The notes below the pieces were generated by a model. That model searched no databases. It was not told where the DNA came from and saw nothing but the letters and a program-made list of their open reading frames with translations. 64,000 nt of DNA. It comes from Phaeosaccion multiseriatum (Eukaryota > Protista > Ochrophyta, other classes). Below, in pieces: positions 24,192 to 36,141 of the stretch (the stretch's first letter is position 1; the number at the start of each line of letters is the position of its first letter). The stretch is from assembly GCA_965112735.1 (NCBI GenBank), contig OZ218962.1:682001-746000 (forward strand). The letters run 5' to 3'. The translations under genes and the position numbers were made by a program.

Positions 24192-24389
24192 CCCCTGACA
24201 CGCTATCCGCTATCCGCTATCCGCTATCCGCTATCCGCTATCGCCGGCGCCAGCCGGCTTTGGGGGGGGGGGGGTTGTGGGGGCGTGCTATCCGCTATCG
24301 CCGGCGCCAGCCGGCACGCTATCCGCTATCGCCGGCGCCAGCCGGCGCGCTATCCGCTATCGAGAAAGTGGGCGATAGTGTATCAGGGG
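24192..24389. mobile_element. 198-bp MITE with CCCCTGA...TCAGGGG ends, flanked by TCGA on both sides
   Basis: TIRs cccctgacacgctatc / gatagtgtatcagggg; internal (CGCTATC)n and three CGCTATCGCCGGCGCCAGCCGGC repeats. Confidence 0.75.
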
Positions 24390-24476
24390 TCGAGATCCTT
24401 TCCTCTCCCGAGAGACAACTGTCAATTGGCGAACGACAGGACGTTAGGAGCTTGGTAGAAGAGTAAGTACCAGAGA

Positions 24477-25647
24477 CTAGAGGTGGAGATTCAAGGGGTG
24501 CCCTCCCCGCCCCACGTTGTTGCTGCTGCTGTTGGCAGCCACCACGCTCTCCAGCCTCCGATGAAGCTCTCCTGCAGAGGGTCTCAAATCGTGCTCTTGC
24601 CAGCAGTCCTGGAAGACGCGCACGAGCTCTGGTCCTCCCGCTGCCCCCATTGCCAGCGGTGGCTCGAGCTTCTTTCCCTCCAGAACAAGTCGAACCACTT
24701 GTCGTGTAGGGAGGCCCGCGAAGGGGGGCTCGCCCGCGTACATCTCTTCATGTTGGGGTGGGGGCGGCAGGAGAAGGAGGAGGAGGAGGAGGAGGAGGAG
24801 GAGGAGGAGGAGGGGGGGGGGGGATGAGAGGAGGAGCAGGACCATGGGACGTCAGACACACCCGTTGGGAGAGACATTCCGTGGGGAGAAGACCGACGAA
24901 GAAGGGCTGCGGCGCCGACGAGCCAGAAACCGCAAAATAAGATACTCGCAAATCCAGTAAGTTAGCCAAATGCCGCCCGTGGCCCTCGATCCCCCTTCCG
25001 CCTGTTGGTCCTCACCCCTCACTCCTCTTTCTCGCCTTCCCCGCTCCTCCCTCTTTACCTCATCCTCCTCAGTAAGTCCTCCGTTGCTCTTTCTCACTGC
25101 TCGACTCCTCACTCCACCCTCCTCTCTCTTTGGCTCATGCTGTTCAATGAGCACTCCTCTCTTCTCAATCCTCGCTCCTCCCTCGACCCTCCTTCCTCTT
25201 GATCCTCCTCCCTCCTCCCTCCTCCCTCCGTACTAACTACTCCACGACTCACCATACAGTAAGCTTCCAAAGGCCCACACATCCGACGCGTCCGACAGCA
25301 CATGCGGCGGGCGCAGAGTCTCCGGCGGCATCTGCCTCCACGGCCACCTCTTGGAACTTTCACTCCCACTCCCACTCCCACTCTTACCACCCTCACTCCT
25401 CCGACTACCACTACCGCCTCCACCACTCCCACTGCTACTTTCCTCCTCCCCCAGCACATCCGCCGGCACAAACTGCACCGCCTCTCCCCTCCTCAGCAGT
25501 GCACTCAGGCCCATGTCACAAAGCTTGAGCTGGTCGGGGTCGGCCAAAGAGACCAACGCGTTGCGGGGGGCCAGGTCTGCGTGGATAACATTGGCGGAGT
25601 GCATGTACGATAAGCCTGCGGCAGCGTCTCGGGCCCACGCATTGATC

Positions 25648-25684
<37 letters not shown>

Positions 25685-28492
25685 TGCTGCCGCCGCGGAT
25701 ACCAGGGGTCGGAAGAAGTCCTCCTCCCCCTCCTCCTGCCGTCTCCCCCACATTGTTCTTTCGCAGAGTCTTCTCCAGGCTCTCCCCTTCCAGGTCCGTC
25801 ACTAACAACAACTGCTTACACAGAGAAGAGAGAGATGGAGAAAGATGGAGAGAGAGAGAGAGAGAGAAAGCGCATTGCACGGCCCAAGGGTTTCCGAGTC
25901 GAGGAGGGAGGGGGAGGGCAACGGAGAGTAGTCATATGTCAGAAGGCCAGAACGTGACTACGGACAGGGGGAAGAAAAACACCCCTGCCCTGCCTATTGG
26001 ACTGGTCTCTAGCGCACACCATACACCACTGCCATCATTGGTCCAAAATACTATCGCATTCGACAAGCGAGCCAGCCGGTAAGCTAATAGCTCTAAACAA
26101 CATCTCTCCTTCGCCGACTCATTCATGCACAAACGCCCTCACGCACGCACTTACGCACTCACGTTGCTGCCCTCTTTGCAGAGGCCATGGAAGGAAACAA
26201 TGTTCGGGTGTGATCCCACGAGCGACAGCAGCGCGGCTTCGTGCCCAAGGCTGCTGTGTGAGGAGAAGTCGGAGCATCGCTTCACCGCCACAGCGCGGCC
26301 CTGGTAAAGGCCTGTTCGGTGTGCGAGCAGAGGAGTGGATGGCAGTGGATGGGGATGGGGAGGGGAAGGCACACCATCCGAGAGGAGAAGAGGATGTTTG
26401 CGCATGGGGATAAGAGGGAGAGACACGACATAAGAAATGAGAGTCAGGGGCGAGAACGGAGGGGAGGGAGCGTGGCACAAGAGGTGAGGGGAAGGCTCCT
26501 TCGGGGGAAATGGGGTAGAGGTGGGAAAGGAGGAGGAGGAGGAGGAGGAGGAGGAGGAGGAGGAGGAGGAGGAGGAGGAGGAGGAGGAGGAGGAGGAGGA
26601 GGAGAAGGAATGGGTGGGCGAGTGGTTCCTTCCCAGCTCCACAGCCCCTCCCTCCTCGACTGACTTACCCCGAAAGGTCTCCCCTTGCACTCCGCAGCCC
26701 AGGAGGGAATCCTTCTCGCCCGAGAAGTGGAGCTGGGAGGGAAGAATGGCGGCCACAGAGCCCCTCACCTGCACACGCACACACGCACGCACACACGCAC
26801 GCACCCACGCATCATGCGGCCCGAGCGGCGTAAACGAGGGATGAAGGAAGGGAGGTAGGCTTTCTTTCTTTCAGGCTAACGAGTCTCTTTCAAAGGCCTC
26901 TTTCCCTCAAGAGTGAGCGATTTGTCCCCACGCGCTCATACCTACACGCTACCAGCCACAGCACAATTCACTGCTCTCTCACTCACCTCCTCGAGAGCGA
27001 CAGCGAGCTCCTCTCCTGCATCGGTAGAGAAGCCACAGGAGGCATTGTCCGTTACAGAAAGAGTGAAGGATACAGTGGCAACCTGCGAGCCTTGAATGAC
27101 CTGCAGCAGAAGGTGTTACGTATCAGGATCAGGGGAGGGAGGAGGGGAGGGCGAGTGAGTGAGTGAGTGAGTGAGTGAGTGGAGAGGGAGAGGGACACGT
27201 AAGGCTGGAGCTAAGCCGGCTGCCAACGGCCCTGCCTCAAGCCCCTTCGACACCCACACACACACACACACACACCCACATCGGCATCAACAAAAACGGA
27301 AACCCCGCCCCCGCCTTCGCCCTTCAAGCTGCACCCCCCCCTCAGCCCCCACCCCGCCTCCACCGCAAAGTGTCCCTCACTTCCCACCCCTCCCCTCCCC
27401 TCCCTCATCTTCTCCTCTCTTCCCTCACGCACCTCTGCCGTACAACGCTCCTTCAGCGTAGTGCCGCTGCCGCCTGCCTCTTCCCAGCTCCGCCTCCACC
27501 CCGGGGGCATCTCCTCGAGTGCCTTGACTCGTACCCGAAAGTCGCAGTGCGCCGCCTCTCCCGTCCATACAAAGTCCTTCACACAGCGACCCCTCCCCAC
27601 CTTCCCCTCCCTTCCCATCATGGAGTTGCCTGCTGGTGCTGGACGCCCCCGCCTCTCCGCTGTTGGCTCCACTTCAAAGACATGGCTGGGTAGGTTCAGA
27701 CGAACGGTTACGCGCTTGTTGCGCAGGATGGGGATGGTGGATGGCACTCTGCTCCTCTCGCTGAGGTGTAAGTCCTGCTGGGCACGTGTTACAACTTCGG
27801 CGCGTTGCTGGCGGAGGTAGGCAGCGATGCGGATATTCACCTGCATACGCACACACACATGTACACACGCACCCACGCACACACACACGCAGGCACACAC
27901 ACACGCACACACGCGTAAGAGGAGGACGTACGGGGGGGCGAGGAGCGACAAACTGCATACCGACCGATACCGTATCTTTGTGGGATGCTCCGCACGAGGT
28001 ATCAGGACGAACTTACCTCCGCATCCATGGGGCACACTCGGGGCCCGAAGGCTGACAGGTAGACAGGGTCTCGCTCGTCGTCGTCGTCGTCTTGTGTGTC
28101 TACACACTCTGGCGTAGCACCACATAGGCAAGCACGACCAGCAGGTGACAGGTCAGAGGGGAGGGAGTTCGAACAGAGGGAAGCAGCCCCAATGAGTGAG
28201 ATGTGTGTGTGCGATGAGCAACTTTGCAGCCCTGCGCTTCGCTTCTACCTCCGCCCGACCCTGACCCCAACCTCGATGCGATGCTTTCGCCCGCCCCCTC
28301 GGTCAAGTAGGACGATGCTTACCCCCTTACCCGTGGGCCACTGCAGCTCTGTGCGCGGTCTGTGAAGGGGCGCGCTCCGGGACCGTTCTCCGCGCGACGA
28401 TTGCCCTCCTCTGCATGCTTCCGCGGTGCCGTCAGTGCTCGCCAACACCTCCTGACCCTCCATGTACCTCGAGTCCAGGACGTGGTATGTAG

Positions 28493-28535
<43 letters not shown>

Positions 28536-30185
28536 TTGTTGTTGTTGCTGCTTCGCTTCTGATGTACACGGCACGGGCTGAGGCAGCAGGCCATCCGCCA
28601 GCGAGTAGGGCGCTGGATGTTGATTATCATAGGTAAGCAGGTCATCTGCCATCGAATACCGTCCATGGTGGTAGATCATACGACTCCCGAGGATGGGGGG
28701 GTGGGACGGTTGCGGTGGCGCTGCCACCACCAGCGGCGCTGGCATGAGCCCCAATCCCTCACCCCCCAGGAAAACTTTGCTCTCATCCTCCACGTCCGCC
28801 TGGCTCAGCGTGGAGTAGGCATCTGTGGCAATTGGTGATGCAGCAACAGCAGCGACAGAACCGAGGATGACAGGTCCTGCATCTCTTTCGACTTCTCCCT
28901 TTGCTGGTGCTTGTGCTTGTGCTGGTGCTGGTGCTGATGGTGCTGGTGCTGATGGTGCTGGTGCTGATGGTGCTGGTGGTGCTGGTGCTGGTTTTGGTGC
29001 TGGTGGTGGTGGTGCCAACGACGACGAGGAGGGAGGGAGACTCGCACGAAATAATGCTGCGGGTCTCCCTATCATCTCCTCTTCCCCCCTCTCCTCCTCC
29101 TCCTCTTCCACCACCACCACCACCTCCTCCTCCTCCTGCTGCTGCTGCTGCTGCTCCTCCTGCTGCTTTTTCTTCCCCTTCTTCTTAGATGGTGCTTTCT
29201 TCCCAACCTTGCCCCCCCCTCTCACCCTCCACTGAGCCGCAAGCTCGGGATCACTCGTCTTCTTCAATCCGTGGGTTTCTGTCTCCCTGTGTGAAGTCTC
29301 CCACGACGTTGCGACGCTTCTTTTCGTTTCCTTGGTCTTCCTGAAGCGCTTGAGGAAAGAGCCCACAGTGGAGCCTATGCCCAGCTTCGCTCGCTCTGCG
29401 CCGTCCCGTCCTCTTTTTGCTGCCAGTGGTGGGCCTCCTGTTGTTTCTGCAACTGATGCGGGCTCTTGTCGGTGCATCGAAGGCTGCAGTCCCGAGGGCG
29501 AGGTGGCTTCTCCTACCTTGCCGCCTTCCTCCTTCTCCCCTTCAACGCCTTCCTCCTCCTCCTCCTCCTCCTCCTCCTTCCGTCCTCCTCCCCCTCCTCC
29601 ACCACCTCCTCCTCCTCCTGCTGCTGCTCCTCCTCCTGCTCCTCCCTCCTTCTCCTCCTGCTCCTGCTCCTGCCCCCCCTCTTCTTGCAGCTGCTCCTTG
29701 GCCAGCTCCATCATAGCCGCCCCCAACATGCCATGGCCCTCCTGTGCTCCTTCATCGTCACCACCGTTTAAGTCCTCTATCGAAGCCCTTATGAGATCGA
29801 TGTCGACATACCCATACTTCCGCTGGCTCTGCAATTCTGTCTCCACCTTTCCCCCAAACACAAGAGTGCTCTGTTGAACGCCTCCTCCAGTAACATCGCT
29901 CGTCTGCCCCTTAACTCCATCCTCGTCATCCATTTCCTGCTTCTTTGCCTCCTCCTCCTCTTCCTCCTCCTCCTCCTCCTCCTCCTCCTCTTCCTCCCCG
30001 AATGTTCCCCACATTGCCGCCCCTCCCCCGAATCCCAATGCTGCTGCTGCTGTTGGCCTTGCCGCCCCTCCGAGCCCTCCGAAGCACAACAACTCTGGGT
30101 GTGGAGTCTCCGTGCTGGTATTGATTTCTGTATAGGTGCCCTTCTTCATTTTGTCCTCTAGGAGGGCGGCCATCATCTTCAACCC

Positions 30186-30230
<45 letters not shown>

Positions 30231-30794
30231 GGGTGGTGGTGGTGGTGGTGGTGGTGGTGGTGGTGGTGGTTGTGGGCCTCTTGCTGGTCGTCGTAATGGA
30301 GGTCCTCCTGGTGGTTGTAGTGGTGGTGACGCTAGACGCTGCTGCTCCCGCCCCCTTCCTCGCCCGCGGCTCGCAAGCCTCCTCCTCGCCCCCCTGCTCG
30401 AGGGTGCCCCCATGCCCTCTCCCTCTCCCCCGTGCACCGCCGAGGATTCAAGCAACAGGACGACCTTGAGGGTCCATACCTTGCTCTCGGGGAGAGAAGC
30501 ACAACCAGGTTCAGCATCTGCTGCAGCAGTCAGGTCCGAAGCCCAAGAATTGGGGACGGCCAAAGCGGCCTTGGATACATCAGAAAACGTGCCACTGCTG
30601 CTACTGCTACACTGTAAGACCACAGTGAGGGGCAGGCCAAGAGGGACTTGTCCTTCCCACCGCAGCTCTGAGCCAAAGCAATGCTTCGGCTCGAGGACAG
30701 CTTCCCCCGACTCGGGGCCACCGCACAACACGAGTCTGTACCAGAGGCCGGGGCGAAGCGCAGGGCCTCGCACATGGAGCCTAACAGTTCTCAT
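24477..30794 (-). CDS. Large multi-exon protein kinase (TK/TKL-like C-terminal domain, low-complexity middle, possible C2-like N-terminus)
   Basis: GCGVQGETF, VAVK, HPNIV, HADLAPRN, DMG, WRQMPPE, SDVWAFG, CW..RPS. Joining the 28245-30794 ORF to the kinase exons is an inference. Confidence 0.8.
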
Positions 30795-30949
30795 GCTGTA
30801 AGAAGGAGACAAGAGAAGTTTACATAAAAAAAATGTCTAAAAGTAATGTCACAAGAGAAGTGCCATCACGTGAAAGGATTGAGAGGAATGAGTGATTTGG
30901 TGATTCGATGGGATTTTCACAGTTTTTTTTTTTACGTCACAGCTATGCT

Positions 30950-31497
30950 CTATGCCAGGGCCTCCTGCTGCTGCCGCTGTTGCTCCCGCGCCACTTGCTG
31001 CTCCCTCTCCACCTCCCTGCGCAACTCCAGCTGCTCCTGCATCTCCGGAGGGAGCTCCTTCTTCTCGCCGCGGCCCTTACGAAAGCACCGCGTCTCCTCA
31101 GGGTCAAACCCCTTATTTTTGTCGCCAAACATGGCCCACTCAGGAGTGGGTGCCCAGTAGTCACACGCCGCAAAGTCTTCCCCGCTCCGTACCAGCGCAT
31201 TGAAGCGCGGGTAGTCAATCCAGGTCATCCATCTGCCATCCACCTTGTAGCTACCCTTGGCCATGAGCACGCAACACGAGTGCTCGTGCTCGCAGGCAAC
31301 GTCGTAGTCCGTGCCGACTTGCTCCGCCAGCGCTCTGCAAAACGCCACCACTTCCTGATGGAAGGGTACGGACTTCATACTCAAGTCGCTGGCGTCGCTC
31401 TTGCCGCAGAACGTCACCCCCTTTACCTCAATGAGGTCGGGCTCCCCTCGCCGCACCAGGCTGGCGTAGCCTGCAAGCTGTGTGCGCGAACATCACA

Positions 31498-31552
<55 letters not shown>

Positions 31553-34500
31553 GTCATGACAGACAGGCGAGGGGAAGGAAGACAACAAAACGAATAAACA
31601 AACACGCGAGCAAACAAGCGAGGAGAGAGGCGAAACATCAGACAAGAAACAATACAGACATCGAGAAAATCAAAGTCGATCTGCCGCATCACAACACACA
31701 AGGCAACCAAAGGGGTGAAACAACCATGAAGCACAGGCTCCTCTCGGCACAGTAGCAGCAGCAACAGCAGCAGCAGTTGGTGATACACGATCATACATGT
31801 ACCCCAACGCGGTTGGGAAGCACGAACATACACATGTACAGCGGTTGGTGATCCAACACATACGGAAAGAAACAACACTGACCCCACCCCTACCGTACCT
31901 CTGCCATGTTGTATCCCTTGACGAGGGTGATGCGGAACACAGTCCGCTGCGCTTTGGCTCGAATGGCGTCCAGAGAGGCCATGTACCGCTCCCAAAAGTC
32001 TGAGTGGAGAGGCCTGTCCACAGCCTTGAGTGACTCCTTGTTGCCAGCGTCGATGCTCACGTAGAGCTGCGTGACTGGGACCATATTGACCAACGCCTCT
32101 GGGAACTGCGCGTTGGTGACGAGGAAGGAGGAGATGCCTTGCTCGTGGAGCATGTTGACAAAGGTGTTAATCTCCGGGTACCTGTGGTGGCGGTGGATAG
32201 AGGGGAAGGGGAGGAGGGGGGGGAGGGAGGAGGAGGAGGAGAAAGAGAGGGGAGGGAGGAGAGGAGGGGATGGGAAGGGTTACAAGAGATATGTGTAGCA
32301 CTTGCACCAAGCTGGCTCCCTCCTCTCCCTCTCCCTCCTCCCCCTCCTCCTCCTCCTCCTCCTCCTCCTCCTCCTCCTCCTCCTCCTCCTCCTCCTCCTC
32401 CTCCTCCTCGCCCTCTTCCTCTTCGTTCTCCTCCTCCTCTCCCTCCACCTTCCTTCCTTCGTACATTATGGGTTCTCCCACGAGTGAGAGGGCGCAGTGC
32501 TTGACAGTAAAGGCGTCTTCATAGCGCTCTGGCACGACTCCGGGCACGCCCTTCATCTGCTTGATCATGCCTCTGTGCTGCTCAATAGCGGCGTCAAGGA
32601 TCATCTTGGGTTGGTCCTGGGGGACGATTTGGGGGCATATGGGCGAGAGGGAGCGAGATGATACATACGTATTAGATACGCGGAAAGGACGGGGCGGCAG
32701 GCGGCTGTAGACGACATGCACGGAGGGAGGGGGCCGGGGTCGGAAGCAGGGCCTGCATAAAGTCATAGATTGGGCTCGTTTCCAGTCTTGCCCAACTACG
32801 TCCTCCCCTGCCGTAGTACTTCGCAAACGCGTGCAGGGTACAGACCCTAAGGGCACTGGGCCGGCAATGTGCCCAAGCATGGGGCGGTACACAAGGAGAG
32901 CGAGACAATCAAACTAGCAGCAGAGTGAGTAGGGAGGGCATGGCAGGCTCGGGAGGTGTGAGAGGAGGAAGGAGGAGCGTCTCGAACAACAGCAGGGCAA
33001 AGGGATGAAATAAAATCGAATACTTTAAAGGTCCTGTACCTACCATTTTCCATTTCCACTTTTTGCCCACGGGGTTGGTGTGGTGCCTCCAGCAGAAGAC
33101 ACATTTGTTGGCACAAGCCAGGCTGGGGGTTAATTCCATACAGCTGTAACTTTGGATCCCGTAGAAGGTATGCTTCGTATATAGCAATACATTACACGCA
33201 AGAGGAGAGAGGAAAGAGGAGAGAGGAGAGAGGAGAAGACCAGGCACGCCACGTACGCGGGGGATTGGAGGTAGGGGAGGGCAAGGGAGTGGGCTGGTGA
33301 GGGGGCTTGTCCTCGCAGCCAGGCGGGCGATGAGGGGAAGAGGAGTCCTCGTCGTGGTCGGGTTCGTCTGGTTGGGTCCCGCCAGGAGCCCAAGGCCATG
33401 CATGTATTCATTCACGTCAGTCCCCCACAGCCCCACAGCTCGCTCTCACACACCTTGTAGCAGCCTCCTCGGCCGCGGAGCATCGCCTTGGTCCAGCGGC
33501 AGAGCTTCACGCCTTCGGAGGGAGAGAAAGGGTAAGGGGGGGGGGCGGACATGAGATAGAAGAGGCGAGGTGAAGGGGAAGCAGGAGATTCGTGCGTGTG
33601 CGTGGCTGCTCGGCTAGCCTGATTGAATACCGAATCATCGAACGCGCAGGGAAAGATGCGAGGGCCGAAAGGGCGCTTGTATCGCACGTGCTCACTCACC
33701 GCTGTGGCTGCCAATGACCTTGTATCCCTGCTTCGTCAGGCTCTCCCGAACCTTTGCCGTCACCATCTCTTTCCTCTTGTCCATGGCGACGTTCCCATCC
33801 TCGTCCTCCTCCTCCTCCTCACCGTCGGCCGCAGCCGCTTTACTAGCCGTAAATACCTTGCCAATGTCTTCGACGTCTACCACTCCTTCCTCCTCCTCCC
33901 CCTCGTTCTCCTCTTCGTCTTCCTCCTCCTCCTCTTCCAGGTAGTCATACTGCGCCCGCTCGTCCATAGCGTTGGCGAATATGCGGTCTCTGAGCTTGCC
34001 TGCCCACAGCTCGAACTGGGCATCAATGTCTCCAGACGCATCGCCCAGCCCGAGCCCGAGCACCGGCACCGCTCCCAACTTCCGTAGGCTGGCCATGAGC
34101 GCCTTCCCCACGAGATTGAAGCGCGAAGAGCCGTAGGCACTGTCCCCGAGACCAAACACGGCAAACTTGACCTTGCGCAAGGAGTCTCTATCCACTCGAA
34201 AGTCCTCCCCCGCTGCCTCAAGCCAATCGCAAAAGAACTTGCAGTTTTCTGGGGGCTTTCCATCCTCATAAGTCGCGGCAAAGATTACCACGTGGGAGGC
34301 CGACGCCAGATCCTGGTATTCGAATGGTGCGACAACGCATGAGGAGTGCAGACCAACACAGCAGACTGAGAGCAAGGCAATTCCTACCTCAGGATCATAC
34401 TGCTGCATTCCACGGACGGTGATTGCGCAGTCCACTTCCTCTTGACCTGGGCCAGGGCCAGGAGGAGGGCTCATGGCCCATTTCTGCGCCAAACGATCAG

Positions 34501-34588
34501 CCAACCCCCTTGCGGTGCCCTTTTGCGAGGCATAGAGCACGAGCACTTTCCCCGCCTCTCCTGCGGTTGCGGCGGCCAAGGCGGCCAT
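30950..34588 (-). CDS. TYW1: tRNA 4-demethylwyosine synthase (flavodoxin + radical SAM)
   Basis: VLYASQKGTA flavodoxin domain; KQGYKVIGSHSGVKLCRWTK; TPSLACANKCVFCWRH; HCALSLVGEP; SSFLVTNAQFP; IEVKGVTFCG; EHEHSCC. Confidence 0.97.
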
Positions 34589-35049
34589 CTTTCCTTCAAG
34601 TCTGAGTTAGGGGAGGGTTGTTTACAAAGGAGGAAGTGTCTAGAGGGGAGGGGAAGGGAAGGGGCGGCGGCGGGGTTGGGCTCTCGTTGACTTACTGTGC
34701 ATTGCATTCCTTTTCTGAAATTGAAACTGCGATTGGCCGGAGCCGGAGCGAGCGTGGGCGTGTGGGGTTGGACGGTGGGGGAGAAGGTGTACGCGGCTGC
34801 CATCATTCGCCACTTCCGGACATGCTCGCTGCCCACGCCTTCTTTGGCTTCCCGGAGGGCACATCGCTGCGACTGCCTTCGCCATTTGTCGAATGCTGCC
34901 CCAAGCGGGTTTTGAGAGTTTCGAAGAGTTCGGAGAAAGTTCTCGGACATCAACCTCAGCGAAGAGCATCCGCTGGGGCAGCTGTAAGCCATTGTGTCAC
35001 AGGGTGCGTCACCAGGTCGAGAGTGAGAGAGAGCTCCGGCGGGAGCTGC

Positions 35050-35600
35050 AGGCGACGTTCAAGGCGGGCGCTTCTCGCTCCTGCAGCTGCGGATGTCAAC
35101 AAGTTCAGCATTGAAGATGAGCGAACACCACTCATGATCGCCTGCAAGGAAGGTCAAGTCGCCGTTTTCGAGCAGCTCCTGGGTCCACAAACCTCTGTGG
35201 ATGCCCCCGGCTACCGTGGATGGTATCCCTCTTACCATGGCAGCTCGGAACGGTGCGTTACGCCGGGGTTCTGGAGCTGTCTCTCGGTGGTACTGTGGAC
35301 TACAGGGACATCGATGGCGAGACCGCACTCCTCTGTGCGGCCCGAGATGAGCACTTGGTGTGAGTACATGTACTGCTCAGAGCCGGGGCCTCTCCGGGAT
35401 CGAGGGTTATCACCGTGGCCCTGCGGCCAGGGGGGGCACGCGGGCGGACAGGCGGACACGCTGAGACAGCTCATCGTGGCAGTGGGGGCGATGGCGTGTG
35501 AGGCGGAGGAGGTGGGACAGGGGGAGGGCTGCTCTGTACCGTTCGTTACTCAGCCGCCCCCGGGTGCAGAGAAGTGGCCACCGCAGCTGCATGAGCGGGG
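35050..35600 (+). pseudogene. Degraded ankyrin-repeat gene
   Basis: ADVNKFSIEDERTPLMIACKEGQ; after frameshifts PLTMAARNG and VDYRDIDGETALLCAARDEHLV*VHVLLRAGAS with an in-frame stop. Confidence 0.7.
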
Positions 35601-36141
35601 ATGGTGAGAGGGGAGAGTCTTCTTTCTTCTTGCTTCGCCGTTCGTTGACTAGTAGGGGACCGTCAGTTTCAGTTTCAGGTTCAGATTCTCAGCCCTTCGT
35701 CTCTGCACCGTCCGGACGGCAGCCCTGGCCGATGTCCAAATGCTCATCCAAAGCCCAAGACGTCGTTATTACAAGTGCAAGCTCTAGTTTTGAACGAAGT
35801 TGAAGAAGCAAATGCGTGGCGTTTTTCCACCGCCCATTTTTTTCTGAAGCTGAAACTGAAACTGAATATGTTCTTTCACAATCGCAAGCGTTGAACAGAG
35901 TTTTTTGCGGCCAGCGAAAGAGAGGTAGAGGGAAAGAGAGTTGTGTAGCTGGTGGTGGTTGCAAGTGCACTCGCTGCTGCTAGTCGTTGGTGCTACCGAT
36001 CGACGCTGGGGACGAAGGAAAGGCACGCCGAATGATAAAGAAAATTACTGGTGTTCAAATCGAAAGCCTTCTTCGCTGGGGCCTTGGGGGCGGACGCAGG
36101 CCTTAGATCCCACTTCTTTGGCTGTTCGCACTCACTCAGCA

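Noticed and set aside
24200-24362. CRISPR-like array
   Set aside because: Repeats are short and adjacent without unique spacers, sit inside TIRs, and the context is eukaryotic with no cas genes.
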